Shown here piece by piece: positions 57,161 to 64,000 of a stretch of 64,000 nt of DNA. The notes under the pieces are model-generated. The model worked only from the letters and a program-made list of their open reading frames with translations, was not told where the DNA came from and searched no databases. The stretch's first letter is position 1. Every line of letters begins with the position of its first letter. The DNA lies in assembly GCA_964607485.1 (NCBI GenBank), contig CAZSKP010000015.1:1-64000 (forward strand), given 5' to 3'. The stretch is from an uncultured bacterium (lineage in GTDB: Bacteria > Abyssobacteria > SURF-5). A program made the position numbers and the translations under genes.

Positions 57161-57864
57161 CGGCTTTCACCCGACAGCAAATTGCGGAAAGTTCCCGAAA
57201 TGTTGTCGTAGATGTGCTCCAACCCATGTTTGCCGAACTCTATCAGCTTCAGCGGATTGGCGGCGATCTCGAGGCGGCCGGCCTTGACGGCGTCGATTAT
57301 GGCCTCCGTGTTTTTTTCGGCCTCGACGAGCGAGTAGGCCGAGCCGAATTTCTCCAGGTGATGACAATCGGACGTGCACACCAGCGGGAGCCCATGCTTC
57401 GCGGCCGTCCGGAGGGCGAACATGTTGAAATTTATCCGGCTGTGATAGAACCATGAAAATTCTAACGCATCAAACACATCGATGTTTCTTCCCACAAGCC
57501 ACATGAGAGAAGAAAAGTCGGGGAAATATGGATGAGGAGCCACGACCATATTCTCAGGAGTTCGGAGCCTCCTCAGGTCGTCAAGGCTGCGTGCCTCGAG
57601 GATTTCATCGCGCGCGTTCACAACAAGCACGTGCTTTCCCCGGATATTCGCCTCGACGCCCGGAATGAGAACAATTCCCCGCTCACGCGCATAGTCCCGC
57701 AGATAGCTGCTGAAAGAAACGGCGTTGTGATTCGTGATGCTTATCGCGTCGAATCCCAGGTAGTACGCCTTATCTATCAACTCACAGCTTGTGTGCAGGA
57801 CTGGCTCTTCCGGGTCGTCTGCAGTGTGTGTATGAAGGTCGACTTTCAGAAATTTCTTGGGCAT
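57157..57864 (-). CDS. PHP domain metal-dependent phosphoesterase
   Basis: VDLHTHT, ITNHN, PGVE, APHPY and SDCH; start uncertain (57864, 57885 or 57906). Confidence 0.88.
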   Translation of the reverse strand: MPKKFLKVDLHTHTADDPEEPVLHTSCELIDKAYYLGFDAISITNHNAVSFSSYLRDYARERGIVLIPGVEANIRGKHVLVVNARDEILEARSLDDLRRLRTPENMVVAPHPYFPDFSSLMWLVGRNIDVFDALEFSWFYHSRINFNMFALRTAAKHGLPLVCTSDCHHLEKFGSAYSLVEAEKNTEAIIDAVKAGRLEIAANPLKLIEFGKHGLEHIYDNISGTFRNLLSGESR

Positions 57865-57963
57865 CTCAACTTCGATTTCTCTCATCAGGCGAAGCTTCTC
57901 CCACAATTTTAGTTGTGCAAAACAGATTTGTCAACGATGCCAGTGTTACATCAGTTATTCTGG

Positions 57964-57980
57964 TGCATAATTTGTGCCAG
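57964..57980 (-). promoter_or_regulatory. Putative sigma-54 (-24/-12) promoter
   Basis: Minus strand CTGGCACAAATTATGCA (GG-N10-GC) upstream of the PHP gene. Confidence 0.6.
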
Positions 57981-58007
57981 AAAAAGATTCGCTCAGCCTC
58001 CCGACGA

Positions 58008-58036
58008 TTGACTTTTCATATTTCGGGAAATATAAT
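58008..58036 (+). promoter_or_regulatory. Sigma-70 promoter of the kinase-Clp operon
   Basis: TTGACT-17 nt-TATAAT. Confidence 0.8.
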
Positions 58037-58081
58037 GCGGAAGGAGCGGAGTGTGTCCCAACTCTGAGGGAGGGGGCTCTG

Positions 58082-60286
58082 GTGTTCGATATTGGCCAGT
58101 GGATTGAAGACCAATATCTCGTCCTCGAACGACACCGCGGCAGGCGGTGGACCGTCTATGTGGTGCAGGACCGCATTTCGGAGAATGTGTTCGTCATCAA
58201 GAGACCCTCGGAAGTTCTGCTTCCCGACCCCCTCGCGGCGGACCATTTCGTCAACGAAGCGAGAATCTGGATAAACATCGGCGAATGCGATGAGGTCGTC
58301 AACGCGTACCTTATCAAGGAGTTTGAGGGAATACCCCACCTGTTCCTTGAGTACACTGACGGCCCCAGTCTCGAAGACATCCTAAGCTCGCGCCCCGGGA
58401 AACCGCTCCCCACCGACCAGGCCGTCGCCCTCATGAGGCAGCTCATTAACGGCATGAAGTTTCTTCATTCGGCGAGTCTGACGCCTGGAAATCGGGGTGT
58501 CGTACACGGCAGCCTGACCCCCCACGCCATCTTGACCAAATCGGGGAACATCAAGATAACCGACGTCGGCCTGGCCCACGCGTTGCGCCAGTCTTCCAGG
58601 ATGCTTAATGCCGGCCACTTTCTCTGGGACATTTCATACATGGCGCCCGAGCAGTTACAGGACCTCCGCGAGGCCGACAAACTGACCGATATTTACTCGT
58701 TCGGTGCAATAATGTACGAAGTCGCGACGGGTACGTCGCCGATGATGGGGAAAAAACCCGAGGACCCCTTGAGCGACATCGTCCGGTTCGAGCCGGCTCA
58801 CCCCCGGACGCGCAATCGCTCGTGCCCTCGGTGGCTGGAGGAAACGATTCTGAAATGCATGGCGCGGGAGCGGGCAAACCGCTTCCAGAGCTTCGAGCTG
58901 ATTGACGCGTTCGTGAGCGAAGTGCTCAGGGGAGAGGAGGAAGCCTCGCCGGCTCGTGACGCGAAGGAGGAAACGGATTCCGCCCATACCTCGCGGGTGG
59001 CGCGTGTGCGCGGAGTGGCGAAGAAGGAATCGCGCCGGCTCGACCACTATTACGTCGGCGTCGAACACCTGATGCTCGGCCTCATTGCCGAAGAGGAAAG
59101 CGTCGTTGTGAGTTGTTTCGGCGACGCGGTAGACGCGGAACGGCTCCGTTCGGAAATTCTCTCCCATTTGCCGAAGGGGGAGGGGCCGTGGTATTGGGAC
59201 GATATAAGAAAGACCCCGCGGTACAAACGCGTAATGAAGCTGGCGCGCAAGATAAAACGGGAACACAGCGACGACCGCATGCTCCCACAACACATCCTCC
59301 TCGCGATACTGAAGGAGGGACGGAACGTGCCGGTCCGCGTGCTCAAGGGATTGAACGTCGATGTCAAAGCCGCGGCCCGAAACCTGCGGCGGGAGATGAA
59401 GCGCAGAAGGCCGGCAATCTTCGTTGCCGATTCCGAACCTGGCGCGATTAGTTTCACGATCAAGGTGGCCTGCACGACCGACATCCCCTGTTCCATTCCC
59501 TTCGTCGGCCGGCGCTCGGAACTGGAAAGAGCTCGCGGGCTGCTCCTCGACGACAGAAGAAGCGTCATGATAGTGGGCGAACCGGGGGTCGGAAAGACGG
59601 CCTTCGTGCACGAACTTGAGTGTCTTGTTTCGGAAGCGTCGGGCGACGCAGGGCGCGAGAGCGGCGGCCTGGTCAAACTTCACGTCGCGTCCCTCATCGC
59701 GAGCACCGAGGGAGGGGAACAGATTATCTCTAATCTCACGGACGCCATCAACTCGGTCGTCGGTTCCAAATCCATCCTGGTGATAGAGGACCTTCCGGTG
59801 GTTGTCGGCCTCGGCGGAAAACTGCCGCCGGGGGCTGTCGGCAGGATGCTCGAAGAGTACATCGTGTCCAAAGGGCTGGTCGTCGTGGCAACGACCACGC
59901 GCGCAGGGTACGTGTCGTGCGAAGCGGAGCACGAGAACCTGGTCCCGTTTCTCGAAGTGATAAACCTGCGCGAGCCTTCGAGTGAAGAGACGTTCGAGAT
60001 GCTGGTGGCGGCGAAGGAGACTCTTGAGAACGAGCACTCCGTCAGGATCGTCGATGAGGCGCTGACCGCCTCGGTCGACCTTTCGCGAGAGATCCAGGGG
60101 AGAGCGCTTCCTGCAAGGGCGTTCGAGCTGCTCGACCGCGCATGCGTCGGCGCGAGGTTGAGCGCAAGCACGCCTGAGCAGGCTCGCGAGCAGATCGTCA
60201 TCGATGCGGAACGAGTGGAATATGCCCTGGCCGAAGCTCGGCAGCTCGAGCGGGCTCGGTCCGACCAAGAGCGTGGAGTCGTATAG
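58082..60286 (+). CDS. Fusion protein: Ser/Thr pseudokinase + Clp N-terminal repeat domain + ClpA/B/C NBD1-like AAA+ domain
   Basis: Kinase part: VIK, FVNEARIW, KITDVGLA, YMAPEQ, DIYSFG. ClpN: HYYVGVEHLMLGL and TPRYKRVMKLA...QHILLAIL. AAA+: FVGR, GEPGVGKT, LPARAFELLDRAC. Start placed at GTG 58082 (SD GGAGG, downstream of the promoter). Confidence 0.88.
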   Translation: MFDIGQWIEDQYLVLERHRGRRWTVYVVQDRISENVFVIKRPSEVLLPDPLAADHFVNEARIWINIGECDEVVNAYLIKEFEGIPHLFLEYTDGPSLEDILSSRPGKPLPTDQAVALMRQLINGMKFLHSASLTPGNRGVVHGSLTPHAILTKSGNIKITDVGLAHALRQSSRMLNAGHFLWDISYMAPEQLQDLREADKLTDIYSFGAIMYEVATGTSPMMGKKPEDPLSDIVRFEPAHPRTRNRSCPRWLEETILKCMARERANRFQSFELIDAFVSEVLRGEEEASPARDAKEETDSAHTSRVARVRGVAKKESRRLDHYYVGVEHLMLGLIAEEESVVVSCFGDAVDAERLRSEILSHLPKGEGPWYWDDIRKTPRYKRVMKLARKIKREHSDDRMLPQHILLAILKEGRNVPVRVLKGLNVDVKAAARNLRREMKRRRPAIFVADSEPGAISFTIKVACTTDIPCSIPFVGRRSELERARGLLLDDRRSVMIVGEPGVGKTAFVHELECLVSEASGDAGRESGGLVKLHVASLIASTEGGEQIISNLTDAINSVVGSKSILVIEDLPVVVGLGGKLPPGAVGRMLEEYIVSKGLVVVATTTRAGYVSCEAEHENLVPFLEVINLREPSSEETFEMLVAAKETLENEHSVRIVDEALTASVDLSREIQGRALPARAFELLDRACVGARLSASTPEQAREQIVIDAERVEYALAEARQLERARSDQERGVV

Positions 60287-60637
60287 TTGAAGTCCGACAA
60301 GTCCCCCGCCGGGAAAACCGATAAAATCATCGTCGAGGTCATGAACGGGCCTGAGGACGGGCGCGTTGTCGTGTGCGACAAGATTCCTGTATCGATAGGC
60401 AGAGGAACCGACAACCGAGTATGCATTCCCTACGACCATCTCGTTTCGCGGCATCACGCCAAGATCGCAGGATCAGAGGGTAAGTTTCTCCTGTGCGATT
60501 TGAACAGCACCAACGGCACTTTCGTGGGGAGCGAACGGGTTCGGGAAGACACGCCCATTGAGCCCAACAAGCTGTTTCGCGTGGGCGCGACCCTGCTGAT
60601 GCTCAAACTCCGCTCAGCCGACGCATCGCCGAAATAG
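60287..60637 (+). CDS. Stand-alone FHA domain protein
   Basis: IGR, VSRHHA and DLNSTNGTFV; the TTG start abuts the upstream stop. Confidence 0.93.
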   Translation: MKSDKSPAGKTDKIIVEVMNGPEDGRVVVCDKIPVSIGRGTDNRVCIPYDHLVSRHHAKIAGSEGKFLLCDLNSTNGTFVGSERVREDTPIEPNKLFRVGATLLMLKLRSADASPK

Positions 60638-60646
60638 ACGAGGAGC

Positions 60647-62557
60647 GTGACGTCCATGGCACATGAGAAGGAGCCTGCGGCCGCCCGAAATCGTACGAAA
60701 CACCGCCGCAAGCTTCCCTGCGCCAACCACCCGAGAAATCCCGCCGCAGCCCGCTGCGAGGTCTGTGGAAATCCGATATGCAGGGAGTGCGTGCAGTTCT
60801 ACGACGGCGCGCACATCTGCGGTGAGCTGTGCTGGAACAAGAAGCGGTTGGACGAATCGGCAAAAGCCTCCAAAGAGGACAGGCTCCGGCGGCGACAAAA
60901 GGAAAAGAAAGCAAACCGTGCCGTGACGGTGGGGCTGTTGGCGGCGCTGGTCGTGGTTCTGGGGGCGGTCGGCGCTTTCGTGTACACTGTCGTGTCCGAC
61001 CACTCGGGAGACAAAGCCTGGGAATTCGAGAATCCGGGAGGGTCCTTCGATTACGCGGTCCGACCGAACCTGAACTCCGTCTTCCTTCTGTCGGCGGACG
61101 GAAACGTAGAGACAATCGACGCCTTGACCGGCGTGCTAAAATGGCGCGTCAAATTGCCCGAGAGGTCCGGCCACTCGGAACTGATGATAATCGATGAAGA
61201 CCACTGTCTCGTCTATTTCGGGAACACGGTCTTGCTCTGTAAATCGGGCCGAGCGGCGCCGGCGTGGGAATTCAGTGCACCACAGCCTTTTCTGTGCGCC
61301 GAGCCGGTGCATTTGGATGACCGTCTCTACGCGGTAAGCTCCCCGGTCGGCTCCTTCTTCCAGGTGTTTCCCGAGCTGGAAGAGATGAGGTCTGCGCTCT
61401 TGATGTCTCCCGAGCTCGAATCGCTGAGGTCCGTGGTCCGGGCGCCGAGGCCGCAGTCAGATTCGGCCGGCGCAATCCCGCCCCCACGGGAACAACCGGA
61501 GACGGCCGGCGAGCAAGCCGAAGTGGAGCGGCTCTCCACGGTCAGCGCCGTGGACATGGCCTCCGGCAAAGGACTGTGGGACACCGAACTGGTAGGTCTT
61601 AGGGTCGAGGGCCTGCTGGCGGATGAAAGTCGGGTCTACGCGGTCGGCTATCAGTGGAGAGAATACGGGAGGTACGGCGCGGCCCCGGAACCGGAAGAGC
61701 CCAAACAGGAGGACTCCGCCGGCGACCAAGAAGCCTCACACGTCAGCTCCACCCAGCTTTGGGCGCTGAACGCGACAACCGGCGAGCCGGAGTGGAAGCT
61801 GGAAGGGATGGGCAATTTTCTGGTTTCTCCCATGAAGAGCGACGAGGGCATCGTCTTCTCGACAATGGAGAATATCTACTTGATCTCGCCCGAGGGAAAG
61901 ATAAAATGGAAATATTCCCTCGGCGAGAGAGGTGTTTACGCGTTTCAGCCGAGCTATGACAAGCTCTTTGTCTCAACGGGCGACGGATTCCTTGTCTGCA
62001 TCGACCTCGCCTCCGGACGCGAAAAGTGGACGACCGAGGTCGGCATGGGAGCCGACAGGATAGTCGTCAGTTCTCCGCTCGCATACGTCTCGTCACTGGT
62101 CAAGGTGGAGAAGGAAGCCCGGAGAGTAATAATGACGAAACGCTGGAAGGGGTCGGAGGACCTGTTGAAAAAAGCGCTGAAGCGAGACGAAGTGAGCTAT
62201 GAAAGAGTCATCCACGGCATCGACGTCGAGAGCGGTGAGACGCGCTGGTCGATTCCGAAGATCGAGGGCGAGTTCGAATATGGGCGGGGATTTCTGTACG
62301 CGTTGCGCTATTTCGAGAGGCTGCAACTCCTCGATGCCTCGGTCGACTCCAGCCAGATAGCCAAGACGGTGTCGAATCTGGGCGCGTACGACTGCCTGAC
62401 CGGCGAGAAAGTCTGGGAGACCGGTATTGACGGCTACGCATCGGACCTGCGTCTGACCCCATTCGTCGGCATCGTGAAGTCACGCTCGCAAGTGCTTACC
62501 GTCGGCGCGGCGGCCGAACAGCGTCCCGGACGCCTGATCGGAATTTCTCTCGAGTGA
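60647..62557 (+). CDS. B-box-type zinc finger + single TM + PQQ/BamB-like beta-propeller protein
   Basis: CANHP...CEVCGNPICREC...CGELC; hydrophobic span; repeated (A/C)-x-(D/N)-x-x-(T/S)G-x-x-x-W docking motifs. The start may be ATG 60656. Confidence 0.85.
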   Translation: MTSMAHEKEPAAARNRTKHRRKLPCANHPRNPAAARCEVCGNPICRECVQFYDGAHICGELCWNKKRLDESAKASKEDRLRRRQKEKKANRAVTVGLLAALVVVLGAVGAFVYTVVSDHSGDKAWEFENPGGSFDYAVRPNLNSVFLLSADGNVETIDALTGVLKWRVKLPERSGHSELMIIDEDHCLVYFGNTVLLCKSGRAAPAWEFSAPQPFLCAEPVHLDDRLYAVSSPVGSFFQVFPELEEMRSALLMSPELESLRSVVRAPRPQSDSAGAIPPPREQPETAGEQAEVERLSTVSAVDMASGKGLWDTELVGLRVEGLLADESRVYAVGYQWREYGRYGAAPEPEEPKQEDSAGDQEASHVSSTQLWALNATTGEPEWKLEGMGNFLVSPMKSDEGIVFSTMENIYLISPEGKIKWKYSLGERGVYAFQPSYDKLFVSTGDGFLVCIDLASGREKWTTEVGMGADRIVVSSPLAYVSSLVKVEKEARRVIMTKRWKGSEDLLKKALKRDEVSYERVIHGIDVESGETRWSIPKIEGEFEYGRGFLYALRYFERLQLLDASVDSSQIAKTVSNLGAYDCLTGEKVWETGIDGYASDLRLTPFVGIVKSRSQVLTVGAAAEQRPGRLIGISLE

Positions 62558-62583
62558 ACGGCAGATGAACAATCTGGGAGACT

Positions 62584-63708
62584 ATGACCGGGAACAGGAG
62601 AAAAGAGGCAGGTCCCTCCCGCGGCGAGGCCGTCGCCAACTACATCACCGACCTTCTTAAGAACTCTATCGAGATAGTCACCGACTATTCCTGCAAGTAT
62701 CATCCCGACCGCGCCGCCACCGCCGTCTGCGAATGGTGCAGCGCCGACCTTTGCTCCGATTGCGCGCACGTTCGAGGCCATCGGCTCGTGTGCCGCAATT
62801 GCATGGGCTCACTCGACAGGACGTTTGCGGGAACGGGCGCCGCGTCGGTTCTGACGCGGCTGCTCACGCACCCAATTGTGGTCGCATTGGTGCTGACGAC
62901 ATTGCTCGGAGGCCTGCTCGTCGGCCTCGGCAGGATTCATCGCAAGGGACTGCTGGGGGAAGTTCCGGCGACCGCCAGCGGGGTCGAAAAACAGTTTCGT
63001 CTGAAGCTCGTCCTGTATGCGCAGAAAGCCGACCGCATCGAAACCCACGCCGATGAACTCCAGAAAGTCGGCCGCACCGATGAGGCGGCGGCGGACTATG
63101 ACCGCGCCAGGTCCATCCACGAGATGCTGGCCCGCGAGGCCGCCGGCAGATGGGAGGAGCAGGCTTTCACTCTGGCGAGAGCGAGAATCCTGGAAAAAAC
63201 GGGCGAACGCGCCTATGCCCAAGGGCTGTACGAAAACGTCGCCAACCTGCCCGGCGCAGACAAAACCTATCCCGTCATCGCGCAGTTTCATCTGGCCAAA
63301 CTCCAGGAAAAGACGAACCCGGAAGAGGCGGTGGCGACGTACACGCGACTCCTGCGCGACGTCAACTTCGTTCCCGACAATTTCTCCCGCGCGGTCAACA
63401 TGATGGCGCATTCGCAGGGCGCTTACAACTACGACAGCCGGATACAATTTCACACGCGCACCGACTTCGATTTCGACACGGTCAAAGTGGAGACGCTGCT
63501 GGAGATGGGTCGGCTGTTGGCTGCTATGGGACGTACCGACGAGGCTGCGTTCAGACTGGGGCAGGCGGCCAACGAGGGATTTGGCACGAAGCTGGGCGAG
63601 CAGGCCACGGCTGAACTCAGGAAGCTCCACACCGTCGATGTGCCCGAGGAACCTCCCGAAGAAGAGGCCGAGAAAGAAGAAGAACTGACCATAACTCACT
63701 TCGACTGA
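62584..63708 (+). CDS. B-box-type zinc finger + single TM + TPR-like protein
   Basis: CKYHP...CEWCSADLCSDC...CRNC; TM IVVALVLTTLLGGLLVGL; repeated helical hairpins (LARARILEKTG, FHLAKLQE, LEMGRLLAAMGR). Confidence 0.82.
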   Translation: MTGNRRKEAGPSRGEAVANYITDLLKNSIEIVTDYSCKYHPDRAATAVCEWCSADLCSDCAHVRGHRLVCRNCMGSLDRTFAGTGAASVLTRLLTHPIVVALVLTTLLGGLLVGLGRIHRKGLLGEVPATASGVEKQFRLKLVLYAQKADRIETHADELQKVGRTDEAAADYDRARSIHEMLAREAAGRWEEQAFTLARARILEKTGERAYAQGLYENVANLPGADKTYPVIAQFHLAKLQEKTNPEEAVATYTRLLRDVNFVPDNFSRAVNMMAHSQGAYNYDSRIQFHTRTDFDFDTVKVETLLEMGRLLAAMGRTDEAAFRLGQAANEGFGTKLGEQATAELRKLHTVDVPEEPPEEEAEKEEELTITHFD

Positions 63709-63744
63709 CGCCCGCGGCCGCTGCTGACGTCATGAGGACGGAAT

Positions 63745-64000
63745 ATGCTTTTTCCGGTCAAAATTGAGACAGAGATAGAAAAGTTTCCGATCTTCACCTA
63801 TCTCATAATAGTCGCAAACGCGGTCGTATTCCTGTCCATGCGGTTCCTTCCCGCGTCGGCGCTGGAAATGGCGTATTACGATTACGGATTCATCCCCGAC
63901 CACATCGACGCCGTCTCGATGTTCACGTCGCTGTTTGTCCACGCGGGCTGGCTGCACATCGTTGGCAACATGTATTTTCTGTGGCTGTTTGGGCGGGCGG
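63745..64000 (+). CDS. Rhomboid family intramembrane serine protease (runs off the window end)
   Basis: Not in the ORF track. Translation from ATG 63745 is MLFPVK...PIFTYLIIVANAVVF...YGFIP...FTSLFVHAGWLHIVGNMYFLWLFG. Confidence 0.92.
   Translation, partial: MLFPVKIETEIEKFPIFTYLIIVANAVVFLSMRFLPASALEMAYYDYGFIPDHIDAVSMFTSLFVHAGWLHIVGNMYFLWLFGRA

Noticed and set aside
57974-58081. Track start of the kinase fusion at GTG 57974
   Set aside because: It lies upstream of the consensus promoter; GTG 58082 has an SD and begins the kinase fold.
46959-60457. Long antisense ORFs (e.g. 46959-48413, 49104-50435, 50958-52334, 58655-60457)
   Set aside because: They are shadows of well-supported genes on the opposite strand and have no recognisable motifs.
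58082-60637. Type VI secretion cluster (ClpV/Fha/PpkA)
   Set aside because: No tss structural genes are in the window, the Clp part lacks NBD2, and the kinase is degenerate and fused.

Overview
This is a 64 kb, GC-rich chromosomal window from a probably anaerobic diderm bacterium (lipid A and heptose genes, multiheme cytochrome, Na+-decarboxylase subunits). The exact lineage cannot be determined from the sequence alone. Most of it is housekeeping, mainly on the minus strand: pfk, a TPP-riboswitch-controlled thiS-G-E-C operon, argDFGH, an LPS inner-core/lipid A operon, dnaE, ftsK-rimO-pgsA-pgpA-cinA, and gap-pgk-rpsO-pnp-M16-dut. Three accessory pieces stand out. (i) An AT-richer type II restriction-modification pair. 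(ii) An ArsR-controlled cluster of two 2-hydroxyacyl-CoA-dehydratase-type subunits and a CMD/AhpD protein, interrupted by an MMPL/RND gene that sits between ~110-130 bp direct repeats. (iii) The best candidate for an undescribed system, at the right end: an operon encoding a pseudokinase-ClpN-degenerate AAA+ fusion, an FHA protein, two B-box-zinc-finger single-pass membrane proteins (beta-propeller and TPR ectodomains) and a rhomboid protease. Smaller oddities include a ThiS with a capped C-terminus, a probable ATT-initiated heptosyltransferase, a DnaE PHP metal-ligand substitution and a tandem double beta-barrel protein. I recognised no tRNA, rRNA, CRISPR array, integrase or transposase. All calls come from reading motifs by eye; no database search was run.
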